The notes: generated by a model from the letters alone, not told the origin. A stretch of DNA of 64,000 nt from Candidatus Eiseniibacteriota bacterium (GCA_963792585.1 CAWBWI010000003.1:1056001-1120000); one strand, 5' to 3'; shown: positions 19,101-29,098, numbered from the stretch's first letter. Numbers and translations are program-made.

Positions 19101-21016
19101 CCTGCGGTCGGGGTCGAGACGGGGATCACCACCTGTCCGGACGCGTCGGTGCTGCCGACCGCGTATGTCTCCGAACCTTTCCAGGCGCAGACGAGCGCGT
19201 CGCCGACCGGTCCGTTCTGATCCGAGACCGTGACGGGGATCTCGTTGCTACCGATCGGCAGGTTCAGCGGGTGCATGACCGTGAGGGGGTCGGGGAAACC
19301 GGTCAGGCAGTCGAGCGCCGGATCTCCCATCAAGTTGTTCCAGTATGACCAGATGGTCACGTCGTTGGTCTGCGTGTCCTCGAAGTTGAGGTACAACTCG
19401 TACTTCCCTCGGGTCAGGGCCGCGCCCACGTGCGTTTCCCCGTCGTACAGGAGGGCGTAGAAGATCCCATAGTGAATGCAGTTGTTCTGCTTCGTGTGCG
19501 TCCCGGTGGTGGCCGTGCCGATGGCGGCGACGCCGCCGCGCGGCGCGTTGGCGCCGGTGTTCGCGCGCAGGAATCCCTCGGACCTGGAGGTCTCGCCGGC
19601 GAAGGAGCCGGTCCCGCAGGTGATGGTGACCGCGAAGGGCATCTTCCAGCCGTTCGTGAGGGCGTAGGTGTTCCCGTTCGTCCAGCCGCTCATCCCGTAC
19701 GTGCCGCGGTAGCTGAAGAGCGTGCCGCCGCGGTTGAGATCGGTCGTCATCTGCTCGACGAACGGGTTGTCGAAGACCGTGTCGACGGCCGCGTAGCCGA
19801 TCTGCCGCAGGCGGGTCTTGATCCACTGCTGGACCTGCACGGTGCTATACCCGGAGTCGTAAGGGTCGCCCACCAGGCAGGCGCGGGTGAACCAATCGGG
19901 GTCGGAGGCGAGGTAAGGGTCCTTCTCGTACCCCGTGATCTTGTTGACGATCGCTTCGAGTTCCGTCGTGGTGCTGAAGGAGATCCGCCCGACGTGGACG
20001 TCGGCCAGTACGTCTCCTCCCTCGAGGAGTGTGTAGGGATGGTCCCCCTCTCCATGCGCGCCGGAGAGATTCTCGTACCAGGTCGGAAGGGAATAGGTGC
20101 CGGCGGCATCGGCCGCGAGCACGACGTACTCCAGGGGCGGGTTCCACGTGTCGTAGGCCGTCTGGATGTAGCTCTTGATGCTCTCCGCGGTGGTGCCCGT
20201 CTGCGCGGTCGTGACGAGCCTGGGGGATAGGCCCTGGCGCGTTCTCCAGTCGACGAGAGGCTGGAGCCTCGTCGTCACTGCGGTGTTGTTCGGCGCGATG
20301 ATGAGCCAGGTGCCTTGCTCGACCCGGGTACCCGGCGGCGGGCCGTCGTAGTTCACCACGATGGAGCGATAGAGGCGGTCGAACGAGGCGGGAATCGCGC
20401 GCGGCGCCGTCCGTTTCTCGTTCACCGGATCCTGCCCCGAGTACGCGACGTGGACGCGGAGCTTCCCGCTCACGAGCAGGGAACGCTCTGCGGGATTGTA
20501 CCGAACCGGCTGGAATGACAGGCGCACGACGCGCAGGTCGCGGGCGATCGCGGGCCGGCCTATCGTTGCGGCGGGCAACGCTCCCACGTCATGGAGAGAG
20601 TACGCCGCTTCATCGTATGCAAAGACCGTTCCTTGATCCTCCTGCATCGGGATCAAGCGAATCCCCTCGACCGTCGTCTCCTCCTCGCGCTCGGCGGATA
20701 CGCTAACGGCCGCGCCGGCGGGGATGGAGATCAACCGCGTGAAGACGGGGAGGGTGGGGTGTCCAGGGTCGCCGATGACGCCGCCGCCGGGGATCGCCAC
20801 CGATTGGTAGCGGATCGACCCGACCACGATCTCCTCGATGGTGAGGACGGGCATCTCGAAGACCAGGTCCAATCCGCTCTCGTCCTGACTCACGACGGAG
20901 ATCCTGGGCAGATCCTCGGGGACGACGTCGGCGGCCTGCCGGATCTCGGTCGCTTGACTGGTGGATGCGGAGAAGGTGAAGAAGACTGCCAGGCAGATGA
21001 GGGTCACGGAGCGCAT
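16199..21016 (-). CDS. Gingipain-like C25 cysteine peptidase (propeptide, C25, Ig-like domains, FlgD CTD), ~1605 aa
   Basis: Start MRSVTLICL after GGAGG; DHPYTLLEGGDVLADVHVGRIS, TITCGTGSF, NLMGDP motifs; CTD QNRPNPF...WDGRDDAGRPVGSGVYFYRL. Confidence 0.9.
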   Translation of the reverse strand: MRSVTLICLAVFFTFSASTSQATEIRQAADVVPEDLPRISVVSQDESGLDLVFEMPVLTIEEIVVGSIRYQSVAIPGGGVIGDPGHPTLPVFTRLISIPAGAAVSVSAEREEETTVEGIRLIPMQEDQGTVFAYDEAAYSLHDVGALPAATIGRPAIARDLRVVRLSFQPVRYNPAERSLLVSGKLRVHVAYSGQDPVNEKRTAPRAIPASFDRLYRSIVVNYDGPPPGTRVEQGTWLIIAPNNTAVTTRLQPLVDWRTRQGLSPRLVTTAQTGTTAESIKSYIQTAYDTWNPPLEYVVLAADAAGTYSLPTWYENLSGAHGEGDHPYTLLEGGDVLADVHVGRISFSTTTELEAIVNKITGYEKDPYLASDPDWFTRACLVGDPYDSGYSTVQVQQWIKTRLRQIGYAAVDTVFDNPFVEQMTTDLNRGGTLFSYRGTYGMSGWTNGNTYALTNGWKMPFAVTITCGTGSFAGETSRSEGFLRANTGANAPRGGVAAIGTATTGTHTKQNNCIHYGIFYALLYDGETHVGAALTRGKYELYLNFEDTQTNDVTIWSYWNNLMGDPALDCLTGFPDPLTVMHPLNLPIGSNEIPVTVSDQNGPVGDALVCAWKGSETYAVGSTDASGQVVIPVSTPTAGSMLLTVTKHNRQAYKGTIPVVASSVYVGYNASTIDDDNVGTSAGNGNGAVNPGETIELRVQVKNFGIQTATAVAATISTEDPYVSIVDAAETFGDVPAGATAWSADDFDVTIASACPHGRSIGLDLAVTSGINTWHSLVTLSVVSADLVADGSTLYNVGGNGVLDPGESGQLSVALLNNGGAAAVGTSATLASSSPYVIVTDSGASYGTINPGARVENIADRFGIAAATDAYRGHIATLSLITSFSGAAVDTSFFTVTVGARAAGDPVGPDRYGYLAFDDTDVTYPDAPTYQWIEIDPAYGGNGTEIALTDFGTYEDDSEVIDLPFPFVYYGASYTKATVCSNGWIAMGSTYTAEYRNWAIPGAGGPQAMIAGFWDDLRLNPGKVLQRFDAANHRLIVEWSRVVNEYGGQQTFQIILYDPAYYPTLTGDGPIVFQYDTVDNNDSEDNYATVGIENPMQDDGVLYSYYDQYPTGAAPLASGRAIRFVTYLNMPSGVLQGTVTNASFGGNPIGGATVTILETGRTFFTGADGYFSGTTAIGTYTVVGGATGFAPDTLQDVVITEGQPTEIAFALHDIAGPEIREIEAPESTTDTAGPYTIRARMTDASGVAEAWLYYRLNGGGWIPVLMTAQGDQYTASLPGYPPGIQIDFYLRAQDGLGFSSTSPANAPAGFYTFWITLLAYEYDVEDPEDPSWQFGAAGDQATIGIWVRADPNGTEYEGVQIQPEDDHTADPGDFCFVTGQGTVGGAAGEVDVDGGCTTLLSPIYDTIGALQAFFSYHRWYGEGGNSTDDTFAVDVSNDGGESWVPLERVPDIANTWQRVSFNVGQFVPITESLQFRFVACDFNAGGLVEAAIDDVRLEVFMPMPTDAPDARIPARVELAQNRPNPFGPATRISYGLPRNEFTRISVFDAAGRRVRNLVEASQQAGMHEITWDGRDDAGRPVGSGVYFYRLEAGSFRESRPMTILR

Positions 21017-21291
21017 GGGTCCTCCGGGGTGTTCGTCGTGTTGGTTTTCATCGCCCGTGAGTTGGTCCCACGAACGTGCCCCATTGCTCGCAAGAAGCCG
21101 GAACAAGGATACAACGAACGGCACTCATATGTCTAACCTAAAGGCGCGTAAAGTGATACCGATCACGACCGATTCGAAGCCGGTATCGTTGCCGCAATTG
21201 ACCCCATCCCCCTCTGTCTCCTAATGTTGCGGGCGTTGTCGGCGCCCGCCGCGACGGCGGCGCTCGAAGGGAAGAAGGGGAGGTGGGTAGC

Positions 21292-22475
21292 ATGAAGCGC
21301 AACGTCGTGGCGATGCCCGGTGACGGAATCGGAAAGGTCGTTCTTCCCGAGGCGATCCGCGTGCTCGACGCGGTCGGATTCGACGCCGAATTACGTCCAC
21401 GGCGACATCGGCTGGGACTTCTGGTGCAAGGAAGGCAATGCCCTTCCGGACCGGACGATCGACCTCTTGACGCAGCACAAGCTCGGCCTCTTCGGGGCGA
21501 TCACCTCCAAACCGAAGGACAAGGCCGACGCGGAACTCGATCCGGCGCTTCAGGGCAAGGGCCACATCTACTACAGCCCGATCGTCACCATGCGGCAGAG
21601 GTTCGATCTCGACATCTGCATCCGCCCCTGCATCGCCTTCGAGGGCAACCCGCTCAACTTCATCCGCCAGGGCGGCAAGGGAGGCTTCGAGGAGCCGAAG
21701 GTCAACGTCGTGATCTTCCGCCAGAACACCGAGGGCCTCTACGGCGGCGTGGAGTGGACGAACCCTCCCGACAACGTCCGCCAGGCGCTCGAGACCCACG
21801 CGAAGATGAAACTCTTCAAGAATGTGCCGAGCCCGGACCTGGCCATCTCCACCCGGATCATCACCCGAGGCGCCTCGCAGCGGATCATCCGCGCCGCCTT
21901 CGAGTCTCGCCAAGAAGTTCGGCTACAAGTCCGTCACCGTCTGCGAGAAGCCGAACGTGCTGCGCGAGACTTCCGGCATGTTCGAGGCGGAGGCCAAGAA
22001 GATCGCGAAGGACTACCCGGACGTGAAGCTCTGGTCGGTCAACATCGACGCGCTGATGATGTGGCTGACCAAGAATCCCGAGGACTACGGGGTCGTCGTC
22101 TCGACGAACATGTTCGGCGACATCATCAGCGACGGATTCGCCGGCCTGGTCGGCGGGCTCGGGTTCGCCTGCAGCGGCAACATCGGACGCGATTGCGCCG
22201 TGTTCGAGCCGACCCACGGATCGGCCCCGAAGTACGAGAAGCTCGATCCGTCGATCGTCAACCCGATCGCGATGATCCTCTCGGCGGTCATGATGCTCGA
22301 GCACGTCGGCGAAGTCGATAAGGCGGAGCGGATCAAGAAGGCGATCGGCGCCGTGATCAAGGAAGGCAAGGTCCGCACTTACGACATGATGCGCCTGCCG
22401 GGCGGGCCGGACGTCTTCGCCAAGGGGGCGGTGACCACCCAGCAGATGACCGACGCGATCATCGCGAAGCTCTGA
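21292..22475 (+). CDS. Isocitrate/isopropylmalate/homoisocitrate dehydrogenase family protein (frameshifted near 21391 and 21905)
   Basis: MPGDGIGKVV, FGAITSKP, FRQNTEGLY, NMFGDIISD, FEPTHGSAP and NPIAMILS spread over three frames. Confidence 0.88.
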
Positions 22476-22514
22476 CGGGAACCAGCGAACCAAGAAAACT
22501 CGGGAGGTCCGGTT

Positions 22515-23734
22515 ATGGCGCGTGCGGCGGAGGCGGGACGCAAGGGCCCCGATGTCCGCTCGGACTGCTGGGTCTCGGTGGCCCCGGCCGATGCGGGTGG
22601 GCTCTCCATCTCGGTCAAGAGCAAGGTCGAGGTGATGTACGGGGATGCGATCCGCGCACAGGTGCGGACCGGTCTCGAGGCGCTCGGGGTGAAGCAGGCC
22701 GTCGTCGGGGTGGAGGACTTCGGAGCGCTGCCCTTCGTCCTGATGGCCAGGCTGGAGACGGCCGCGCGCCGGGCCTATGGCGAGGCGATCGCCGCCCCGT
22801 GGCTGCCCGAAGTCGCGCCCGAGACGCGCAAGCCGACACGCCGCGATCGGTTCCGCCGCTCGCGCCTCTACCTGCCGGGCAACGAGCCGAAGTTCATGTT
22901 CAACGCCGGACTGCACGCTCCCGACGGCGTGATTCTCGATCTCGAGGACAGCGTCGCGCCATCGGAGAAGGACGCCGCGCGGCTGCTCGTGCGAAACGCT
23001 CTGCGGACGATCGACTTCCGGGATGCCGAACGGATGGTCCGCATCAACCAGGGAGCGCTCGGCCTCGAGGACCTGGATGCGATCATTCCCGAGAACGTGC
23101 ACGTGGTCCTGATCCCGAAGTGTGAATCGGCCGAGACGGTGCGGGAGATCGACGCGCGCATCGCGAAGATCCTGGGGACCCAGAAGTCGGCCGTCCTCTT
23201 GATGCCGATCCTCGAGTCGGGGCTCGGGGTCCTGCGGGCCCTCGAGATCGCGACCGCCTCGCCCAACGTCGTGGCTCTCACGATCGGTCTCGAGGACTAC
23301 ACGGCCGATATCGGCGCGCAGCGCACCGCGGAGGGGCGCGAGTCGTTCTTCGCGCGCTCGATGATCGTCGCCGCCGCGCGCGCCGCGGGAGTCGCCGCCG
23401 ATCGATACGGTCTTCTCCGACGTGGCCGACCTGGACGGACTGCGGGCGAGCGTCGCTCGAGGCGAAGGGACTGGGGTTCGAGGGGAAGGGATGCATTCAC
23501 CCGAACCAGATCCGGGTGATCCACGACGCCTTCGCGCCGACCCCCGATGAGATCGCGAAGGCGACACGGATCGTGCGGGCCTTCGAGGAAGCGCAGGCGA
23601 AGGGTCTCGCAGTCGTTTCGCTGGGCAGCAAGATGATCGACCCGCCGGTCGTGAAGCGCGCAATGCGCACGGTCGACCTGGCGGTTCGCTCGGGGCGGCT
23701 CGCGGAGGACTGGCGGCAGTCGGCCGCAGTCTAG
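22515..23734 (+). CDS. citE: Citrate lyase ACP (CitD)-beta subunit (CitE) fusion (frameshifted around 23400-23460)
   Basis: N-terminal AG....RSD...SKV...YG..I......GAL...L.ARL (CitD) in frame with RRSRLYLPGN, LDLEDSV, GLEDYTADIG; GK..IHP.Q and MIDPPVV continue in other frames. Confidence 0.88.
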
Positions 23735-23742
23735 GGGAGGGG

Positions 23743-25306
23743 ATGATGCAGAAGCTCGCGAAGAACGCCCTGGGCCGGTTCGTGCCCGCCGAGATCAACG
23801 GGGAACCGGCGGTTCCGTACCGCGGAGTCGGCGTTCACAACCCGAGCGGGCACCGCGCGGCGCCCCCCGTCGCGACGTGCGCCGACTACCCCGCCGACGG
23901 CAACAAGGTCGTCGCCTCGCTGCGCGCGGCGCTGGAGCAGGTCGGCCTGCGCGACGGCATGACGGTCTCGACGCACCACCACTTCCGCAACGGCGATCGC
24001 GTCGCGAACCTGATCTTCGACGTCGCGGCGGCGATGGGCGTCAAGAACCTGCGCTGGGTGCCCAGCGCCTCGTTCCCGTGCCACGCGCCGATCATCGCCC
24101 ACCTCGAGAGCGGCGTCATCCACCACATCGAGGGGTCGATGAACGGCCCGCTCGGCGACTACACCTCCGAGGGGAAGATGCGCGGGATGGCCGTGCTGCG
24201 CTCCCACGGCGGGCGCTACCAGGCGATCCAGGACGGCGAGGTGCACATCGACATCGCCGTGATCGCCGCGCCCGAGGCCGATCCGTTCGGCAACGCGAAC
24301 GGTCTGCACGGGCCCGAGCGCCTGCGGCGGACTCGGCTTCGCCCTCGCCGACGCCGATCTACGCCGACCACGTCATCGTCGTGACCGACAACCTCGTCCC
24401 CTTCCCGTGCGTGCCGTGGCAGATCCAGGGCAATCAGGTCGACGCGGTCGTGGTGATCGACAAGATCGGCGATCCCGAGAAGATCGTCTCGGGCACGACG
24501 CGAGATCACCACGCAGCCCGGACCGGCTGCTGATCGCCGAGATGGTCGCGAAGTTCATGCGACGACGCAGGGATCGTCCGCGACGGCTTCTCCTTCCAGG
24601 CCGGCGCCGGCGGGACCGCGCTCGCCTTCGCGATGTACCTGAAGGAGATGATGAGGGAGCGGGGGATCAAGGCTCGATTCGTCCGCGGCGGGAGCACGAA
24701 GTACCTGGTGGAGATGCTCGAGGAGGGTCTGACCGACTACATCCTCGACGGTCAGACGTTCGACCTCGACGGCGTGCGCTCCATGGCGAACGAACCCGAG
24801 GCACGTCAACACGACCCCGTTCACCTCGTACAACTACCACGGCAAGGGGAACTTCGCCTCGATGGTCGACGCGGTGGTGCTCGGCGCGACCGAGGTCGAC
24901 GTCAACTTCAACGCCAACGTGGTCACGCACTCCGACGGCCGCCTGCTGCACGGAATCGGCGGGTGGCAGAACTGCCTCTTCGCGAACTGCACGATCCTGG
25001 CGCTCCCGTCATATCCGCGACCGGATCCCCGTCATCGTCGACGAGGTGACGACCCTGTGCGGTCCCGGCGAGCTGATCGACGTGATCGTCACCGAGCGCG
25101 GCATCGCGATCAATCCGCTGCGCGAGGACCTCCGGACCGCCGTCCGGGGGAGCTGCCTCCCCATCCGCGAGATCGGCGACCTCAAGGCCGAGGTCGACCG
25201 CCTCTGCGGCGGGAAACCCGCGAAGGCGAAGCTCGGCGACCGCGTGGTCGCGGCGATCAAGTGGGTCGACGGAACCGTGATCGATTCGGTGCGGCAGGTT
25301 CTCTAG
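23743..25306 (+). CDS. citF: Citrate lyase alpha subunit / citrate CoA-transferase CitF (several frameshifts)
   Basis: GLRDGMTVSTHHHFRNGD, LRSHGGR, SFQAGAGG, LGATEVDVNFNANV, PGELIDVIVTERGIAINP, DGTVIDSVRQV. Confidence 0.9.
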
Positions 25307-25320
25307 CCCAGGTGCAACAG

Positions 25321-25352
25321 GAGGGCCCTCGATCGTCGGATCGAAGGCCCTC
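25321..25352. terminator. Inverted repeat between convergent citF and tlpA-like genes
   Basis: GAGGGCCCTCGATC-gtcg-GATCGAAGGCCCTC (13/14 pairs). Confidence 0.65.
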
Positions 25353-25378
25353 GTCTGCCGGCAGTTTGCGGCGCCGGT

Positions 25379-26563
25379 TCAGTTCTTCATGGCCAGGTCC
25401 GTCTTCATCAACGACTCGATCTCCGCCTCGAGCACCTTCTCGTCGCCCGGGGAGTAACCGAGATGCCGGAAGATGATCCGCCCCTCGCGATCGATGACGA
25501 GGTTCGTCGGAGTGCCCCTGATCTTGAAGACGTCGCGGGAGACGTTCCGGTCGTCGAGGAGGATCGGGAAGGTCGCGCCGACCTTGGCGATGAACGGGGC
25601 GTTCTCTTCAGGCTTGTTCCTGTTGTCGATCGACACGATGACGAAGTCCTTGCCGCCGAGCTTCGCGTACAACTCCTGCAAGTGTGGATACTCCACACGG
25701 CAGGGGCCTCAGGTGTAATGCCAGAAGTTGAGCAGGATGACCTTGCCCTTGAAATCGGCGAAGGAAATCGGCGCCCCTCCGGCCTGGCTCGGGAGCGTGA
25801 AGTCGGGCGCGAGGGTTGCGCCGGCCAGCCGCTGCGCATGGATCGCGGCGTTGACGGTCTCCATCGACTCGCCCGCCGCCGTGACGATCGCCGTGAGCTT
25901 CTCGCGCAGGAGCGGATGCTCCATGTGGCCGAGAAGCTCCTGGTAGATCGGCCTCGCCTTGTCATCCAGCCCCGCGTCGTCGTAGATCATCGCCATGTGC
26001 TGCTCGATCTCGTCGATCGTCTCGCCGTAGAGATTACGGGCCTCCTCCATGGGGGCGACGGCCGCCTTGGCATCCCCCGCCTTGAAACGGGCATACGCCT
26101 CGCTGTCGAGGCAGGAGGCGAGGCCCAAGGAGTCGCCCGCGGTGCGCGCCTTCGCGACGGCCGTGACGAGGATCGGAACGGCCAGGTCAAGATGCTTCTC
26201 CTGGACGGCGAGGTCCCAGCCGACCGAGTTGTATGGATCGGGGGAAGGGATGTCGGTGTTCATAAACTTCTTGAGGAGGGCCGGGGTCTTCTCCGGGGCG
26301 AGTTTCAGCGACAAGGCGATGGCGGCCGGCCATGCTTCGGCGGCCTGGGCGCTCTTCGGGTGGTCCTTCAGGAAGACTTCGAGCGCGGTGAACCGAGCGG
26401 CGTCGTCCTGGATCCCCGCGATTCGTGCGAAGGCCACGCTGTCGGCTGCGATGCCCCCCTCGCCGGAGGAGGACGTCTTCTGACTGCAGCCGGGCGCGAG
26501 CGCAAATCCAGCGATCGCGAACGCGGCAAGCACCCAGCGCGATCGGAACGGAATCCTCTTCAT
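25379..26563 (-). CDS. TPR-TlpA/redoxin lipoprotein, selenoprotein (Sec at TGA 25709-25711, UGPC active site), ~394 aa
   Basis: ORFs 25709-26563 and 25379-25696 are in one frame: ...APDFTL...FKGKVILLNFWHYT-TGA-GPCRVEYPHLQELY...GTPTNLVIDREG; lipobox LAPGC. Confidence 0.88.
25675..25704 (-). promoter_or_regulatory. Bacterial SECIS-like hairpin
   Basis: Starts 4 nt after the UGA: CCUGC-c-GUGUGGA-GUA-UCCACAC-uu-GCAGG, with G in the apical loop. Confidence 0.75.
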
Positions 26564-26765
26564 GGAATGGTTCTCCTCTGGCGGACCGTGGGACCGATCT
26601 TCGACGCAATGGCGTCCGGACTCCCGATTCTAGACCCCCGCAACGCCGGAGCGGGGGATTCGATTTCCGGCACGGAAAGGGCCTCAGAAACATCGAGCGG
26701 CCCGGCTTGCGCCGGACCGCCCGATGCTGGGGGAGGGGTCTCAGGGTCTTCGCTACGTTCCGGAA

Positions 26766-27146
26766 TCAGTTGTTCGCGAGCCTTTCGGCCTTTTCCTGGC
26801 ACCGGAGGCAGTACTTCGCGTAGGGGATCACCTCCAGTCGCTTCGGCTCGATCGGTGCCTTACACAACTCGCACGAGCCGAAGTTCCCGCTATCGATTCG
26901 GCGGATCGCCTCCTCGATTTCGCTCACCGCCCGGCCCTGGTTGTCGGCGAGGAAGTAGTCGGACGCGCGGTCGGACTCCTCGGTAGCCGCCTCGGCCATA
27001 TGGTTGGTGAAGGCCCCGCCGGACTGCATATATCGCTCGCCCTGTTCGGCGATGGATCGCTTGAGTTTCCCGAGCAACTGGCCTCGCTGGCCTAGCTCGT
27101 TGAGGAGGCGCCGCCTAAACCTCAGTGCGGTTCTCCGTTCCATCAT
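26766..27146 (-). CDS. TraR/DksA C4-type zinc-finger protein
   Basis: Coiled coil plus FGSCELCKAPIEPKRLEVIPYAKYCLRCQ; tip NHMAEAA; GGAGG RBS. Confidence 0.9.
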   Translation of the reverse strand: MMERRTALRFRRRLLNELGQRGQLLGKLKRSIAEQGERYMQSGGAFTNHMAEAATEESDRASDYFLADNQGRAVSEIEEAIRRIDSGNFGSCELCKAPIEPKRLEVIPYAKYCLRCQEKAERLANN

Positions 27147-27272
27147 CTCCTCCCTCGAGTCGGGGGGCTTGGTCGAACACCCCGGGTCCTCGACCTCCCG
27201 TCTCGATCGTCGTAAGAACATCGCGGCCCACCCAGGGTTCCGGGATTTCGTCCGGGCGTGGGGGACTCCCCC

Positions 27273-27302
27273 TTGTCGGATCCGGCCCCGAATTCCTAGG
27301 AT
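27273..27302 (+). promoter_or_regulatory. Putative sigma70 promoter of queD
   Basis: TTGTCG, 18 nt, TAGGAT; AAGGAG RBS downstream. Confidence 0.4.
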
Positions 27303-27337
27303 GAGGGAGTCGCCGAACCCCCGAAGGAGATACATCG

Positions 27338-27760
27338 ATGTACACGGTTACCCGGGAACTGTCCTTTTCCTACGGACACCGGCTCCTCGACCACGAGGGG
27401 AAGTGCGGCAGGCTGCACGGCCACAACGGGAGGCTGCGCGTCACCCTGGGTTCCGCCAGCCTCGACAAGGCGGGGATGGTCGTCGATTTCTACGACATCA
27501 AGAAGGCGCTGTCCGGTTGGATCGACGAGTCGCTCGACCACCGCCTCATCCTCCAGCGGGAGGACCCGGCTGCTGCGGCGCTCCAGGCGATCGGCGAGCC
27601 GGTCTACATCGTCGATTTCCCGCCGACCTCGGAGAACCTCACCCGACATGTCCTCGAGCATCTGCGCCGGATCGGACTACCGGTCCTTGAAGTCAGCCTC
27701 GACGAGACGGAGAACTGCTCGGCGACCTACCGCGCGCCCGAGGATGGGCTCTCGCACTGA
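27338..27760 (+). CDS. queD: 6-carboxytetrahydropterin synthase
   Basis: FSYGHRL...KCGRLHGHN, GMVVDF, LDH, PTSENL, ETENC. Confidence 0.92.
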   Translation: MYTVTRELSFSYGHRLLDHEGKCGRLHGHNGRLRVTLGSASLDKAGMVVDFYDIKKALSGWIDESLDHRLILQREDPAAAALQAIGEPVYIVDFPPTSENLTRHVLEHLRRIGLPVLEVSLDETENCSATYRAPEDGLSH

Positions 27761-29004
27761 GCCGGTGCGGGGGTGATCCCCCGCCGATTCCGCCACCCGA
27801 AGATGCCTGCGCCGACCAGGCAGATCCCCCCGCCGATGCCGACGGCCCAGGGCGCGCCGAGTCGTTGTGCGAGCGCCCCGGCCAGGAACGACCCGATCGG
27901 CGCGAGCCCCACGAGGACGAAGCTGTAGATGCTCAGGACCCGCCCGCGAAGTTCATTCGGCGTCGTTCGCTGCAGATAGGTGTTGGTCGTCGCGAGCTGG
28001 GTGATCATCGCCGCCCCGACGACCATCAGGATCGCCATCGACAGATAGAACTGGCGGGATAGGGCCATGGCGATCAGCGAGATCCCGAAGATCCCCATCC
28101 CGGTGGTGATCAGCCGTGCCGTGCCGCGCGTGCCCGTCCGCCCGGCGAGCCGCAGCGCTCCCGCCACCGCGCCGAGACCCACCGCTCCCATCAGCAGCCC
28201 GTAGCCGCGCGCCCCCTGGCTGAGAATCTTGTCGGCGAAGATCGGGAGCAGGATCGTGAAGGACATCCCAAAGATGCTTGCGACCGCGACCGCCTGGAGA
28301 ATGATCCGAACGCGCGGAGTCCGGCGGACGAACCGAAATCCCTCCGCGAGCTCGTGCGCGATCGGCTGTCGTGCGCGCCGCGTGGGCGGGGGGAGGCGCA
28401 TCAGCAGAAATCCCGCGATCACCGGAAGGAAGGAGATGCCGTTCAGGAGGAAGCAGACCGCCTCGCCCGTGCCGGCGATGAGCAACCCCGCGACCGCGGG
28501 CCCCACCACTCGGGCGGCGTTGAAGATCGAGGAGTTCAGCGCGATGGCGTTCATCAGATCTTCGCCGCCGACGAGCTCGATCACGAAGGCCTGGCGGACC
28601 GGCATGTCGAAGGCGTTGACCGTTCCCAGGAGGAATGCGACCACGATGATGTGGGTGACGTTCACGACGTGCGCGAACGTCAAGGCCGAGAGCACCAGCG
28701 CCAGGACCATCGAAGACACCTGGGTGGCGACGAGCATGGTTCGTTTCGGGACGCGATCGGCGACGACCCCACCGAGGAAGGAGAAGAGGAACACGGGAAG
28801 AAACGTGGCGGTGCCGACGATGCCCAGCCAGATCGGTTCGTGCGTGATCCGGTGGACCAGCCACCACTGGGCGGCGCTCTGCATCCAGGTGCCGACCAGC
28901 GAGATGAGCTGGCCGAACCAGAAGAGCCGGAAATTGTGGTGGCGCAGCGCTCGGAAGGTATCCGCGAATCGAGTCCGTCCGTTGTTCGGTCCGCCGTTGC
29001 CCAT
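27727..29004 (-). CDS. MFS transporter (DHA3/EntS-like)
   Basis: ALRHHNFRLFWFGQLISLVGTWMQ, GVVADR, NAIALNS, RGRVLSIY; about 12 TM helices; overlaps the 3' end of queD by 34 bp. Confidence 0.92.
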   Translation of the reverse strand: MGNGGPNNGRTRFADTFRALRHHNFRLFWFGQLISLVGTWMQSAAQWWLVHRITHEPIWLGIVGTATFLPVFLFSFLGGVVADRVPKRTMLVATQVSSMVLALVLSALTFAHVVNVTHIIVVAFLLGTVNAFDMPVRQAFVIELVGGEDLMNAIALNSSIFNAARVVGPAVAGLLIAGTGEAVCFLLNGISFLPVIAGFLLMRLPPPTRRARQPIAHELAEGFRFVRRTPRVRIILQAVAVASIFGMSFTILLPIFADKILSQGARGYGLLMGAVGLGAVAGALRLAGRTGTRGTARLITTGMGIFGISLIAMALSRQFYLSMAILMVVGAAMITQLATTNTYLQRTTPNELRGRVLSIYSFVLVGLAPIGSFLAGALAQRLGAPWAVGIGGGICLVGAGIFGWRNRRGITPAPAQCESPSSGAR

Positions 29005-29024
29005 AGACCCGGTATTCTAACCCA

Positions 29025-29076
29025 GGTCGGGCGAAAAGATCGGGCGGGAAGGTCGGGCGAAGAGATCGGGCGGGAA
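29025..29076. repeat. 26-bp direct duplication GGTCGGGCGAARAGATCGGGCGGGAA x2
   Basis: Copies at 29025-29050 and 29051-29076 with one mismatch; TCGGGCG core recurs every 13 bp. Confidence 0.8.
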
Positions 29077-29098
29077 GGCATCGCGCCTCCCCGCCCGA
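29060..29098 (-). terminator. Intrinsic terminator of the beta-propeller gene
   Basis: Minus strand TCGGGCGGGGAGGC-gcgat-GCCTTCCCGCCCGA followed by TCTCTT. Confidence 0.6.

Noticed and set aside
21885..23798. Long antisense ORFs (e.g. 21885-23798, 29682-31628, 47550-49397, 57928-59934, 62199-63869)
   Set aside because: Shadow frames of GC-rich genes, Arg/Pro/Gly-rich and without motifs.
21390..25020. Programmed ribosomal frameshifting in the citrate lyase operon
   Set aside because: Too many shifts, no slippery heptamers, and the same pattern appears in unrelated genes; more consistent with sequencing error.
25379..25696. Separate 105-aa redoxin gene
   Set aside because: It lacks the N-terminal half of the thioredoxin fold and is the in-frame continuation after the Sec UGA.
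27147..27337. preQ1 riboswitch upstream of queD
   Set aside because: No class I stem with A-rich tail or other recognisable consensus; only a promoter and RBS are visible.
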